Of a stretch of 64,000 nucleotides of DNA, positions 1 through 10,457 are shown piece by piece (the first letter of the stretch is position 1; every line of letters starts with the position of its first letter). The position numbers were made by a program, and so were the translations under genes. Origin of the DNA: a virus (Duplodnaviria; Caudoviricetes); IMG/VR virus record IMGVR_UViG_3300028571_001454, positions 870 through 64,869 of that record; one strand, 5' to 3'. The notes under the pieces were generated by a model, which saw nothing but the letters and a program-made list of their open reading frames with translations, ran no database searches and was not told the origin of the DNA.

Positions 1-1575
1 ATTTGAAATATTTCTAATAATAGAAGCTATTTCTATCCTGTCTGGGCCACCATAACACCCATCAGTATTCTGATATACCTCCTCAAGTTTAATAAGTATG
101 CTTTTTATTTGATCTTTATCATATTGATCAAGTAATGTTTGTTCAATAATATTGAATGTCTCCTGAGAATCGTCTGAATGGCCATATTTTGTTTTATATA
201 TTTGATTTTTAGATATATGTACTGGTAGACTATGTATATCGGGATGTTGTATATTTCTTAATGCGTTATGATAGACATAACACTCGGTATTGAAATTACA
301 TAAATTAAATTCTATATTATCTATACTAGGTATAAGTCTATCTATAAATTCAGATTCTCCGCCCCCATGACTTACATATGTCCAAAAGGGTTTAGATATA
401 TTATGCAGTAAATCGGTGTGAAAGGCGAAGCCTGCCATATCTGTTGAATATTTTCTTTGCCAAGAGCTATTCCATTCAACAAATTCATGGTTTTCATTTA
501 GAATGGGTTTTTCTGGATTATTTTCATTACGACCCCATCCTCCAACAGGAAATATACTTAAATTTTTAGTTTGTCTAATTTCATCAAATAATTTAAGATT
601 ATATAAATTATCATCATCTACACTATAGACTATTCCATTAATATTACTATCAATAATATACTCTAATGCAAAATTTCTTTGCGCATTTCCACCACTACGA
701 GTTGGCCCATAAAATAAGTACTTATAATTAATATTACTTTGATATAATAATTCAGAAACCTCTGTGTTAATGGAGCTATCATCTTCCACAAGGATCCATA
801 TGTAGTTATTTAGCTTGCTAATAATATTTTTAATTAAGTGTTTTATGTATGCTATACGATTAGTATGATTATACGTGCATGTTACGAGAATTAGCTTTTG
901 ATTTTTAATTTGATTTTGTTTTTGTATTGTCCAATGTTGTTTAAATTCCTCTATAAAAATAGGCTTTGCACCCTGCTCTGTACAAAACTTATTAAAACCA
1001 ATATTAATAGATAACCAGTCTGGGTTATTATAATCATCGCCAAAGACTATTCCATTGTTTTTTAATAATGGCCAAGAATATAGAATGTCATCATATACAT
1101 CAGATGCGTCGTTACTTGCGTCAACGTAAATTAAATCAAATATATTGCCATTTTGTTTTAGCCATTTGCAGGCTATTTTCGTAGTTTGTGGAAATGGTAT
1201 AATGATATCTTGTAGCCCATAATGACAAATATTGGCTAAAAATTGATAATATGCATTGGGATATCCGAATGTTGGTAATAGCTGTCTCGAAACATCTGTC
1301 TCATGTAAACCAATAAATTCTTTTGATCCAAGCCAAGTATCAACGCAGACTATTTTAGTATTTAGATTTAGCTCTTTAATGATGTTGCCCATACATATGG
1401 TAGAGGCTCCATACCATGACCCAAGCTCTAAAATATGTTCTGGTTGGGTTTGATTTATAAGGAGTTTGAATAAATCATAATTTACATTCCAGCCTAAATT
1501 TTTAATATCATAATTAGTATGTTGAAAATTTTGATAAATATTATATCCATGTATTTTTTGTAATAAATTATTCAT
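1..1575 (-). CDS. Multidomain protein running off the window edge: class I SAM methyltransferase (Methyltransf_24-like) + GT43 glycosyltransferase + further domain
   Basis: Absent from ORF track (no stop in window). ATG at 1575, hand translation: ILELGSWYGAST...FDLIYVDA...GIVFGDDY (MTase); LILVTCTY, WILVED, AQRNFALE, GIVYSVDDDNLY, STDMAGFAF, GGESEFI (GT43 motifs). Confidence 0.85.
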   Translation of the reverse strand, partial: MNNLLQKIHGYNIYQNFQHTNYDIKNLGWNVNYDLFKLLINQTQPEHILELGSWYGASTICMGNIIKELNLNTKIVCVDTWLGSKEFIGLHETDVSRQLLPTFGYPNAYYQFLANICHYGLQDIIIPFPQTTKIACKWLKQNGNIFDLIYVDASNDASDVYDDILYSWPLLKNNGIVFGDDYNNPDWLSINIGFNKFCTEQGAKPIFIEEFKQHWTIQKQNQIKNQKLILVTCTYNHTNRIAYIKHLIKNIISKLNNYIWILVEDDSSINTEVSELLYQSNINYKYLFYGPTRSGGNAQRNFALEYIIDSNINGIVYSVDDDNLYNLKLFDEIRQTKNLSIFPVGGWGRNENNPEKPILNENHEFVEWNSSWQRKYSTDMAGFAFHTDLLHNISKPFWTYVSHGGGESEFIDRLIPSIDNIEFNLCNFNTECYVYHNALRNIQHPDIHSLPVHISKNQIYKTKYGHSDDSQETFNIIEQTLLDQYDKDQIKSILIKLEEVYQNTDGCYGGPDRIEIASIIRNISN

Positions 1576-1577
1576 AA

Positions 1578-2228
1578 TTAATTAATAAAATAACTATACT
1601 TAAATTCTATAAAATCCGATTCATATATTTTATATATCATATTTTGTATGTTCTTATTATAATGTGATTTATATTCGTTTTGACTGGATGATGTTTGATT
1701 TAAATGTGGTATTGTGCATTCAATGTTAAATTTCTTGATTAAAATAGATAAATCTAATTCAAAAGATTCGTAGTGTCCAATAAAATTACAATCGGAACTT
1801 CTTATATAATCGACCTGGTCTATGCAGAAATCTCTATGATTATTATAGAATAAATGATGTACAAAGTCTTCAAATGACTGTATTATATTAAGATCTATAA
1901 AATTAAATGTTGGGTTATTAATATTAATCTGTTGACATAAAAATTTCCAAGATGAATAAACCCTAGCATATGGATTTCTAATAAATGTAAATATATAAAA
2001 ATATTGGATGTTTAAATTTATTTCTTGTAATATTTGTTTATATTGACTATAAGATTTATGTTCAGCTATATGAAATGTGAGACCAGATAAAATATCCTTA
2101 TATGTTTTACCAATGGAGTTTTGGGGTCTATCTATTACTTCAATATCGGGATGAAAAATATTTCCTATAGTAGTACCACCTGTTTTAGGTATATGAATAT
2201 ATAAAGCATTTAGTTTTTTTATGATCAT
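1578..2228 (-). CDS. Carbohydrate sulfotransferase (Sulfotransfer_2 family)
   Basis: 5'-PSB HIPKTGGT and 3'-PB FTFIRNPYARVYSSW; C-terminal IYESDFIEFKY. Confidence 0.9.
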   Translation of the reverse strand: MIIKKLNALYIHIPKTGGTTIGNIFHPDIEVIDRPQNSIGKTYKDILSGLTFHIAEHKSYSQYKQILQEINLNIQYFYIFTFIRNPYARVYSSWKFLCQQININNPTFNFIDLNIIQSFEDFVHHLFYNNHRDFCIDQVDYIRSSDCNFIGHYESFELDLSILIKKFNIECTIPHLNQTSSSQNEYKSHYNKNIQNMIYKIYESDFIEFKYSYFIN

Positions 2229-2249
2229 AAAAATTTATTTTACTCTTGA

Positions 2250-3587
2250 TTATTTGATATTATAAGAACGAGGATTTATCATAATATTTTTTTCAAGAAT
2301 TAAACCTGTAGCCACATTTTTGTGTATGTCATTAAATTCATACATTGTTATTGGTTTTTTTGCGACATAGAGATTATTTGATTTGTCCCCAAATGAATCA
2401 CCATCTAGCCATATGAATCCCTCAGGATCTTTGTATGAGAATTGCCTGAAACTATTTATTCCATCCATACAGTTCAATAAATAGTCATTTATTTCGCAGT
2501 GAACTTCTTCTATGTTGTGCGACTTACCCAAGCAAAATCCCAAATCTCCGTCAATGGAATCCAGCGATATACGTCTAGTCGTCAGTAAGTCCCTGCAATT
2601 AAGCGTTTGGAAGACATTGTTTGCCAACATGCCGTATTTTTTGTACCAAGTCTCACAGTACTCGTTAAGCACATATCTTCCGTTTTCTATCTTTGGGTAT
2701 ATACCACCCCATTCCAGCGTATCATGCGAGTTGTAGTTTACGAATGTTGCGTGTTCATAAGTCCAATCGGTAAATTGATAAATATTCCTTCTGTTCATGA
2801 ACATCTGGATGGTTACGGCTTGGGATATTAGGTCGTTCCATCTCCTCGTATACATATATCCGGAGTTGTCTAAGTGTTTCAGGAAATCTTGCACATCATC
2901 GCGCATCCAGAAGTCAAGCTTTGATATCAAGAAATTGTTGTAGTATCCGAGTATGTTGTACGATGGTGACTTCCATATGCTCTTTTGATTGATGAATCTA
3001 TCAAGCCAACACCCAGACAAATTCTTGTTTTCCATATACTCTCGACAGAATTCTATCAGTCCGTTGGATACTGATATGTGATCATTTGCATAGCATCTGA
3101 ACCCATATTCATAATTGTTGTCGTGCATGAATTTAAACATATCGTAGTTTATTTGCGAATGTATCAAAGAGTCGTCGTCCATTCTCATATACATCTCGTA
3201 TCCAAGATCACTTAAGAATTGATAGATCAATATGCCGTACCAACGCATCATATTCCTATATCCCATGGAAAAACGTGGGGCAACCCATGCTCTAATATGC
3301 GGATTATTTCTAAGCTCCGCACAGTCCGGCGGACTCCATAGAATTCCGTCAAGCAATTGAAACCTTATTTCCTTCCTTCCCTTTGCTATTCTCTCTTGGT
3401 CTTCGGTATGAAATGGGTGACTATTGTCATAGAATATGATGATATCGTGTTTAAATTTTTGGTTGTAGTTCTCGTAGAGGCTATCTAGGCTCTTAACCAG
3501 CATAGATGCCGAATCCCTTCCGTAAGATTCGTCCCTTTTCGTGTTCATCGCAAGATAAACAATGACTGTCTTTTCTTTTTTATACAT
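2250..3587 (-). CDS. GT15 (KRE2/MNT1-like) glycosyltransferase
   Basis: GYRNMMRW, YMRMDDDS, YDMFKFM..YEYGF, YYNNFLISKLDFW, LDNSGYMYTRRWND resemble GT15 blocks. Confidence 0.7.
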   Translation of the reverse strand: MYKKEKTVIVYLAMNTKRDESYGRDSASMLVKSLDSLYENYNQKFKHDIIIFYDNSHPFHTEDQERIAKGRKEIRFQLLDGILWSPPDCAELRNNPHIRAWVAPRFSMGYRNMMRWYGILIYQFLSDLGYEMYMRMDDDSLIHSQINYDMFKFMHDNNYEYGFRCYANDHISVSNGLIEFCREYMENKNLSGCWLDRFINQKSIWKSPSYNILGYYNNFLISKLDFWMRDDVQDFLKHLDNSGYMYTRRWNDLISQAVTIQMFMNRRNIYQFTDWTYEHATFVNYNSHDTLEWGGIYPKIENGRYVLNEYCETWYKKYGMLANNVFQTLNCRDLLTTRRISLDSIDGDLGFCLGKSHNIEEVHCEINDYLLNCMDGINSFRQFSYKDPEGFIWLDGDSFGDKSNNLYVAKKPITMYEFNDIHKNVATGLILEKNIMINPRSYNIK

Positions 3588-4553
3588 CTATATCTCCATC
3601 GAGTTATTTACTTGTTTCAATATCCACTCGTATGTCTTTTCTACTCCATCTTTTAATCGAGCCTTTGAGTCCCAGCCTATTTTTTCTCTGAACATGTTAT
3701 TGTCCGAATTTCTTCCTCGGACTCCGGTGGGACCTGGGACGTTCTTTATCCTAATGTCCTTGCCAGATATTTCAATCACCATTTTAGCAAGATTGTTGAT
3801 TGATATCATTTCTTCAGAGCCTATATTTATAGGACCGGTAAATTCACTTTTCATGAATCTATCAACCGCCTCTAGACACTCGTCAATATACATAAATGAT
3901 CTGGTCTGGGTTCCATCGCCCCATATTTCTATCTCCTCGCCAGCCACGGCAACCTTCCTACATATCGCAGCGGGGGCTTTTTCCTTGCCGTTGTTCCACG
4001 AACCTTCGGGTCCGAATATGTTGTGGAATCTTGCTACCCTGACCTCGATCCCGTAATTCCTAGCGTACGATAGATAGAGTCTTTCGCTGAACAGCTTCTC
4101 CCATCCGTATTCGCTGTCCGGTGCGGCAGGGTAAGCAGAATCCTCGGAACACTTGGGGTTATTGGGATCTAGTTGATTGTATTCCGGGTAGACACAGGCG
4201 GAAGACGAATAGAAGACTTTACCGACGCCATTCTTCTGACACCTTTCGATCACATTAAGGTTTATTAGAGACGAATTATGCATAACATCGGCGTCATGAT
4301 CACCAGTGAATATGTAGCCTGCCCCACCCATATCGGCAGCCAATTGATAAACCTCGTCAAAACTTTGTTTGAATATGTTGTCACAAACAGCCTGTTGTCT
4401 AAGGTCGCCAAGCACAAACTCATCGGCATGGGTTTTCGCATACTCTGGTAGTTTGAGGTCGGCCGCCATGACCCAATACCCATGCCTTTTGAGTCTTTTT
4501 ACGAGGTGCGAGCCTATGAATCCTCCTCCTCCAAAAACAACAGCTTTTTTCAT
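3588..4553 (-). CDS. GDP-mannose 3,5-epimerase-like extended SDR
   Basis: GGGGFIG, LAADMGGAGYI, YSSSACVYP, YGWEK, EKAPAAICRKV; SD AAGGAG before ATG 4553. Confidence 0.9.
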   Translation of the reverse strand: MKKAVVFGGGGFIGSHLVKRLKRHGYWVMAADLKLPEYAKTHADEFVLGDLRQQAVCDNIFKQSFDEVYQLAADMGGAGYIFTGDHDADVMHNSSLINLNVIERCQKNGVGKVFYSSSACVYPEYNQLDPNNPKCSEDSAYPAAPDSEYGWEKLFSERLYLSYARNYGIEVRVARFHNIFGPEGSWNNGKEKAPAAICRKVAVAGEEIEIWGDGTQTRSFMYIDECLEAVDRFMKSEFTGPINIGSEEMISINNLAKMVIEISGKDIRIKNVPGPTGVRGRNSDNNMFREKIGWDSKARLKDGVEKTYEWILKQVNNSMEI

Positions 4554-4607
4554 CGTACGGTTCTCCTTTTTATTTGTATATAGTCGTATGTAATTCAAAA
4601 CAGTAAG

Positions 4608-6140
4608 CTATCGCCAAGAACAAGTAGTCTCTCTAATCTTTTCCAAATCAACCACGTGGTCAAACTTATCATCTCTTATATGTAGATCAAGGCAGGGCGC
4701 CCAAGCGTATAGCAACCAGCCCTTTTCGTGATCGCTAAAATTAACCATTGGCATTTGAGACTTAAGCGCAGCAAACATGGAGTAGGTTGAATACTTTATT
4801 CCCTGATATATCTTTTTGCATCTCGACAGAGAAAAAAGTTCATATAATTCATACGCCCCATCGTAAGCCAATACATCTACCGGAAGGTCACTTCGGCTCG
4901 TCGTGCGAATCTTTACTTCTCTGTTCTCTTCTGCTGCTATGTCTTGGATTTTTTTGATAAATAAATCCTTATATTCCATGTCTTCAGAAGTCACATAGAA
5001 TTTGTTCGTTGTAGACGACAGTATGTCATAACGCAAAGTATCTATAAGATTGTTAATAAGATGATCATATTGCTTAGTAGAAGTCTCATGTCCCGCGTGT
5101 GGCCCATGCAATTGAGTCTTTATTTTGTCTGACCTTCTCAGATGTATGCCGGTGTATTCCTCTAAATCTTTAAATATATGTCTTCCTATGATGTCTGAAA
5201 CTTTTATTTTTTGTGCTAATTCTATGTAATCTTTGATTGTATCGTAGATATTGGTTTCTTCATGGTGCATAGCAATATTGTAGGGGGATAGCGAAACGCC
5301 TGGGTTTATGTTGTTTATGAAAAGACCATCCCAAGCCCTAACTCCGTTGGAGTTTATCTCTATTTCGGACAATTCCGAAAAATCCAGAAGCCTCAAGTCG
5401 TATATTGCCGAACCCCACATGAAACGATGGTTGTGTGTGGCCCAATTTATCATTCCTTTCACTCCGTGCTTCCGACATAACGCTGCGAATCCTACTACGT
5501 CCAGAAGCCTGTCGCCCAATCCATTTTTGACATTCGTCGTTAATTTAATGTTCTGACGATTCCCAGAGACAAAGAATATCCTTTGGTCATGCTTATCGTT
5601 TGAAAACAAGCCATTGACATTGTAGAGACATTTATATCCGGGCTTTAGTCGAGCCAAGATTTTATCTTCTGTTACATCTGTCCAATCGTACTCCATGATC
5701 GGATACACAGGATGATTGCCAGTACCGCAGACCCCTTTTCGACCCAATAGCCTACAGTCGTCCACTATGATGATATCATCATAAGGCCTTTCTCTCAATA
5801 TATCTAACTCCTTTAAGAGCGGGGTTTCTTCTTCTCCAAATTCTGTGTACATTCCCGAATAGTGAGCATCTAAAAAAATTGTTACAGGTTCATTTATACT
5901 GGCAAGCAACTCTGGAAGAACTTTTTTTGAGTCCCCATGATGAATTTTAACCTCTTGATTGTTCTTGAATTGCTCTATGTTATAATTGAACCATTTTTCA
6001 GAAAGCTCTACTGAGTGTATAGTTTCGTAGTGGCCAAGAACTCTTTTTATCCCATCTCCAAGATAAGTCCCGGTTTCTATATACTGCCTTGTGGGCGTGG
6101 TCTTAGACCTCATATAAAATTCTTCACTTAATATGGGCAT
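4608..6140 (-). CDS. Fusion: SAM methyltransferase-like domain + GT-B O-fucosyltransferase-like domain
   Basis: YIETGTYLGDG, GDS, FLDAH; then GLGDRL, GIHLRRSDK, LSRCKKI..STYS. Confidence 0.7.
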   Translation of the reverse strand: MPILSEEFYMRSKTTPTRQYIETGTYLGDGIKRVLGHYETIHSVELSEKWFNYNIEQFKNNQEVKIHHGDSKKVLPELLASINEPVTIFLDAHYSGMYTEFGEEETPLLKELDILRERPYDDIIIVDDCRLLGRKGVCGTGNHPVYPIMEYDWTDVTEDKILARLKPGYKCLYNVNGLFSNDKHDQRIFFVSGNRQNIKLTTNVKNGLGDRLLDVVGFAALCRKHGVKGMINWATHNHRFMWGSAIYDLRLLDFSELSEIEINSNGVRAWDGLFINNINPGVSLSPYNIAMHHEETNIYDTIKDYIELAQKIKVSDIIGRHIFKDLEEYTGIHLRRSDKIKTQLHGPHAGHETSTKQYDHLINNLIDTLRYDILSSTTNKFYVTSEDMEYKDLFIKKIQDIAAEENREVKIRTTSRSDLPVDVLAYDGAYELYELFSLSRCKKIYQGIKYSTYSMFAALKSQMPMVNFSDHEKGWLLYAWAPCLDLHIRDDKFDHVVDLEKIRETTCSWR

Positions 6141-6174
6141 TACATTCTCCTGTAATATTAGTTATGATTATGTA

Positions 6175-6357
6175 TTATTTATAAAAATTTTTCCAGAATT
6201 CCCATTCGTCTTTTTCGAATTCTTGTTTATGTTTTTTGAATTCTATATTTTTTTTATGTTGTAATTTCTTATCCTCATCCAAAAACTGTCTTTTATCTAA
6301 CTGATCATTATCAATTTTAGTTTTTCGATAATTTTTATCATCGGATCTATCGACCAT
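6175..6357 (-). CDS. Small charged hypothetical protein
   Basis: Fills intergenic gap; GGTGTA motif just upstream. Confidence 0.5.
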   Translation of the reverse strand: MVDRSDDKNYRKTKIDNDQLDKRQFLDEDKKLQHKKNIEFKKHKQEFEKDEWEFWKNFYK

Positions 6358-6378
6358 TAATATACACCTTTCTAATTA

Positions 6379-8397
6379 TTATAATGTAATCATTTGAAGA
6401 TTTGGGTTAATATAACTAAGAGCTAAAGAGATATTGGAAGTTGAATTAATTAAAATATTACATTTGGACAAACAAAGAACCTCATTTATTAAACTAGCTG
6501 TTAATTCGTAGTAATCAGCATTTTTATCGAGATATATATGACTTTGATGTAGTTCATACCCTCTATTTTTTATGATGCCAACGCCATCTGATTTTCCAAT
6601 ATTCAGTAGAGCAAAGGCCCATTCTAGGATGTTATCTATTGGTAGTCTTTTAATATCTTTTATATAGGTTAGTTTATTTTCATATCTGTGTTTAAATGCC
6701 ATTATACCAAATTCCGTGTCTGTTGCTAAGAAAATTTTAGCCTTTGGATGCTGGACTAAGATTTGATCAATTTCTTTAAAATACTGTTCTAGGAATATGC
6801 ATCCAGACTCTACGCTGTGACTTGGATGTCTATAATGAACCCCAATGATATACTCAGAATTAGTAAATAATTTATCGCATAATATTTGATTTTTTTCTAG
6901 TATTTCTGGTTTAAATTTAATATAATGATTATATACTCCATTGATAGAACTTCTCCATTCAGCAAGCTCATTAGCATTATTTTTAAGCATATTCTTAAAT
7001 ACTGCTGGTGTCTTAAATTCTTCAGGAGCCTGTTCTCCGGAGCTTAATTTATATTTTAAAAACGTCTTATCAAGATGTTCTGTATCTTTTTCATAATATT
7101 TAATTGGCTCAAAAAAATCTAACCAAGAATTATCATTATTTGTCCAATAACAAAAATGTTGATTGGATCCACGATTTTGTAAGAAAAATTCTTTATTAAA
7201 ATATGGATATGCTCTAATTCCACGACTCATAGTCCCAATTAAAAAATTGAATACAGAGAAAAATCCAGCATCTCTTGGTAAGAACAATACAGGAGATCCG
7301 TATAGATCTCCTTCTATTGACTCATTGGTTGATATTTTCATATCACTATTAATATAGTGTTTATTTTTAAGTTTAAGATCAAGCGAAATATGTTCACATG
7401 TGCATGGCGGTAAATCATCAACATCATAAACGTTAGTATTATTGTTTGCTAGATCGGTCAATTCTTTGCCGTCATAGATAGTTAATGCTCCAAAAGCGCT
7501 TTTAACTTCTACAAAATTATCAAATATATGCGATTTATTGCACCAGTTAAAATTTTTGCCATAAAATTTAGTAAATTGTGGATAGACTTGCGTAATATCT
7601 ACCGGTTCATTTGGTAGTCTTAATGCTAAAGAATCATAATGAATATCTGATTTATCAAAAAGATTATTTGCTGAGATCGCACTCCATTCAGTGTCAATAG
7701 AAACTGATTTTGTTATTAAATTAGCTATATTTTTTGTATTCAGTACTATATCAGAATCAAATATTATTATATAATCAAATTTTGTATTATAATGCTCTAG
7801 CGACTGCTTTAATAATGAGTTTCTGTATTCGGCTAATTTAGGTATTCTATTCCCACAAGAACACCCTTCTATTACAGATATTGGTTCGTCTTCATTCTCT
7901 ATAATAAAAAGGTCTTCTGTATTATTTTTCTGCCATCTCTTCAGTTCTATGAGTGTATCATCTTGATTATTATTAGTAAGTATACCAAATTTAACAGACT
8001 TGAAAACATCTTGCAGATCTTTGTAGAGAGACTTAATGGTATTTATTGTTTGACTAAAAATACAGTTTTTAACTAGAGTTAATACTAGAAGATTTTTTTT
8101 GTATGAGTCATTCACATTGATATAATTAAATTTTCTCCCTTGAATAATATTCGTATTTGTATATAGTCTGGACATTTTTATAGGTCCTATATTCTTATTA
8201 TGATCTTGTTTTTTAATAGATTTATATTCTTCAGATGCTATAAGAGATTTGCGAACAAAACCTTCTCTATATGGTATGTATTCGCTATAAAGCTTAATTC
8301 CTTCTTCATCAACTGGCCTAAGTAATATCTCTTTATATATTTTATTTAATATAACTAGTATTTTTGGATTTATTTTCATTGAAATAACTTCAGCCAT
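6379..8397 (-). CDS. Fusion glycosyltransferase: short N-terminal domain + GT69 (CAP59-like) + NodZ/GT23-like fucosyltransferase
   Basis: RIPKLAEYRNSLL, FDSD, YDSLALR, VKSAFGALTIY, CEH; then AGFFSVF, IGVHYRHP, IFLATD, LSKCNILI. Confidence 0.75.
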   Translation of the reverse strand: MAEVISMKINPKILVILNKIYKEILLRPVDEEGIKLYSEYIPYREGFVRKSLIASEEYKSIKKQDHNKNIGPIKMSRLYTNTNIIQGRKFNYINVNDSYKKNLLVLTLVKNCIFSQTINTIKSLYKDLQDVFKSVKFGILTNNNQDDTLIELKRWQKNNTEDLFIIENEDEPISVIEGCSCGNRIPKLAEYRNSLLKQSLEHYNTKFDYIIIFDSDIVLNTKNIANLITKSVSIDTEWSAISANNLFDKSDIHYDSLALRLPNEPVDITQVYPQFTKFYGKNFNWCNKSHIFDNFVEVKSAFGALTIYDGKELTDLANNNTNVYDVDDLPPCTCEHISLDLKLKNKHYINSDMKISTNESIEGDLYGSPVLFLPRDAGFFSVFNFLIGTMSRGIRAYPYFNKEFFLQNRGSNQHFCYWTNNDNSWLDFFEPIKYYEKDTEHLDKTFLKYKLSSGEQAPEEFKTPAVFKNMLKNNANELAEWRSSINGVYNHYIKFKPEILEKNQILCDKLFTNSEYIIGVHYRHPSHSVESGCIFLEQYFKEIDQILVQHPKAKIFLATDTEFGIMAFKHRYENKLTYIKDIKRLPIDNILEWAFALLNIGKSDGVGIIKNRGYELHQSHIYLDKNADYYELTASLINEVLCLSKCNILINSTSNISLALSYINPNLQMITL

Positions 8398-9203
8398 CTA
8401 TGTCTGGTGCTGTCAACCGTTTTCCAATTAGGAGGGTAGAGATTTACCGGTGGTCTATTAGCAATCCATTGACTAGGAGCAAAAATAGTTTTAGATTGAT
8501 TACGATCAGACAAAAAAGAAGCCCACCACGAAAACGTACTATTGGCTATAATGTTAATTCCACTCAAGTACATTATATAGAAATCGTGATACATATCAAG
8601 CTCTTTCACATATGTAACATTGTTTCTATGTCCAAATAGGCTTTGAAATTCTGTTTCAACATATTTGATATCGTCACTAATAATAAAAATATGATTATGG
8701 TTAATAGAATCAATTATATTGTAGTAATAATTAATATCAAGAAAACCATATAGTTGTTTGAGGATTGTATAGTCTGTTCTTCTAACATGAATACAAATAT
8801 TTTTATCAATATCTTTAGAGTATTGATTTTTGTGTTTGATATAGTTGTATGCATTATTTAATATTTTTATATTAGGTTTAAATTCATTATAAATAATATC
8901 TAAATAAAAATTATAATAGAATAAGTTTTGAAAAAATCCCATAAGATCAATATTAAAAAGATTAAAGATATTTGCGTCAAAACCAAATGGATCTTTTTCT
9001 ATATAATTATCTGTTTTATATGATGAGTTGTATGGTTTATAAGATAATTTTTTTTGATCAAAAAAATTTAAAAAAGATGAAGTTGGATTAAGACGAAATT
9101 CACAATTATGAAGTTGTGATAAAATCTTTGCCAGACTATACTGGAACATTTCATTACCGAATCTTCCGTAAATACGCTGTCCGAAATTCTTGACTGTGAT
9201 CAT
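8376..9203 (-). CDS. GT11 alpha-1,2-fucosyltransferase-like
   Basis: GRFGNEMFQY, CIHVRRTDY, IISDD, IIANSTFSWWA. Confidence 0.9.
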   Translation of the reverse strand: MITVKNFGQRIYGRFGNEMFQYSLAKILSQLHNCEFRLNPTSSFLNFFDQKKLSYKPYNSSYKTDNYIEKDPFGFDANIFNLFNIDLMGFFQNLFYYNFYLDIIYNEFKPNIKILNNAYNYIKHKNQYSKDIDKNICIHVRRTDYTILKQLYGFLDINYYYNIIDSINHNHIFIISDDIKYVETEFQSLFGHRNNVTYVKELDMYHDFYIMYLSGINIIANSTFSWWASFLSDRNQSKTIFAPSQWIANRPPVNLYPPNWKTVDSTRHRWLKLFQ

Positions 9204-9205
9204 GA

Positions 9206-10081
9206 TTATTTCAGGCGAACGGTCAGACCTTCTTTAATGGGTCTAGTAATGAGAGTATTTTGCGCATCAAAACAATATAAATATTTTGGTGCGCCAGGTA
9301 TTGGGTCTGATCTTAATGAATCAATAGATACCATAATTTCATTTGTGGATGTTTTTATTTTCTCTGTAACATCAGCACATAAACCATAAAAAGCATATAT
9401 GATTTTGATATCAGCAATATTATTTTGTCTTCTAGTTGCTTCTAATTGTTTTACTTTAAGAGTATCAATCATTTCTCTAACTTTGGATAATAACATAATT
9501 TTATGCTGTAATCCAACCGTATAGTTAGCATGAAACATTGTAATTGGCTGATTAATAATAAAGCCTTGACCATTCCATTGTCTATGTTGAAATGATATAT
9601 TTAAAAACTTATGAGATAAAAATTTAGCATTTACTAAATTAATATTGCTATTAATAGCATTTTGATCACAAGTATATTCTTGATATTTAGCTTTTAATAT
9701 CTCAAAAAATTTTCTAGTATTGCTATTAATTTTACATATGAAAAATCCAGCGCAGTATTCTCCTCCAATCCCTTCTTGGAAAGCTATATCACGATCACCT
9801 AGCTCATGTATACATTGATCAATAAATTTATCATGAAATTCTATATCAACATCAGACCATATAAAAAAATCGTCCTGACTATTAACTGCTTTTAGATATG
9901 TGTCTATTTTTTGCTCCATAGACTCCTTCCATCCAGCAGCATAATAGTTTCCAGATTCGCATATCTGTTCTTGGTCTATAACAACCAACTCTGCCCTAGG
10001 CTCATACTTCTTAAGACTTTGTAAAAAAAACTGATCAAATAAGAATTGATGTGATGGCGAAAGAATAGTGTATATTTTCAT
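9206..10081 (-). CDS. GT77 nucleotide-diphospho-sugar transferase-like
   Basis: WSDVDI, YCAGFF, CDQNAIN, FHANY. Confidence 0.8.
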   Translation of the reverse strand: MKIYTILSPSHQFLFDQFFLQSLKKYEPRAELVVIDQEQICESGNYYAAGWKESMEQKIDTYLKAVNSQDDFFIWSDVDIEFHDKFIDQCIHELGDRDIAFQEGIGGEYCAGFFICKINSNTRKFFEILKAKYQEYTCDQNAINSNINLVNAKFLSHKFLNISFQHRQWNGQGFIINQPITMFHANYTVGLQHKIMLLSKVREMIDTLKVKQLEATRRQNNIADIKIIYAFYGLCADVTEKIKTSTNEIMVSIDSLRSDPIPGAPKYLYCFDAQNTLITRPIKEGLTVRLK

Positions 10082-10133
10082 CTTGACTGTCCTAGGTCTT
10101 ACTTCTATATATTATGCAGGTCCGGGGTTGATA

Positions 10134-10457
10134 TTACTCTGATACTATACTAACGTTTTCTACTGTCAAAGCTACTCTGATTGTATAAATTTTAGTAAGA
10201 ATGTCTTCGCCACCAGAGGATGTTATTGATGTGCTAGTTGTGACCGTTAGTTGTTCTGGTCTATCTACTGATGCTGTTGCTTGCCATTTATCAGAGAATG
10301 CTTCGCAGAGATTATAAATAATTTCTCTAACATCTCCTGTTGATGGGTCTGATTTGTTTTCGTCTAGTGTTTTAAGCGACGAGAACGGAATGGTCATCTC
10401 TGTTGAGGTAACGGATAATCCAGAAAACCATCCTGTCGGCGCTGGGTTAAAAGCCAT
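10134..10457 (-). CDS. Hypothetical protein (Thr/Ser-rich, possibly virion-associated)
   Basis: Clean ORF with SD GGAG and upstream GGTGTA. Confidence 0.6.
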   Translation of the reverse strand: MAFNPAPTGWFSGLSVTSTEMTIPFSSLKTLDENKSDPSTGDVREIIYNLCEAFSDKWQATASVDRPEQLTVTTSTSITSSGGEDILTKIYTIRVALTVENVSIVSE

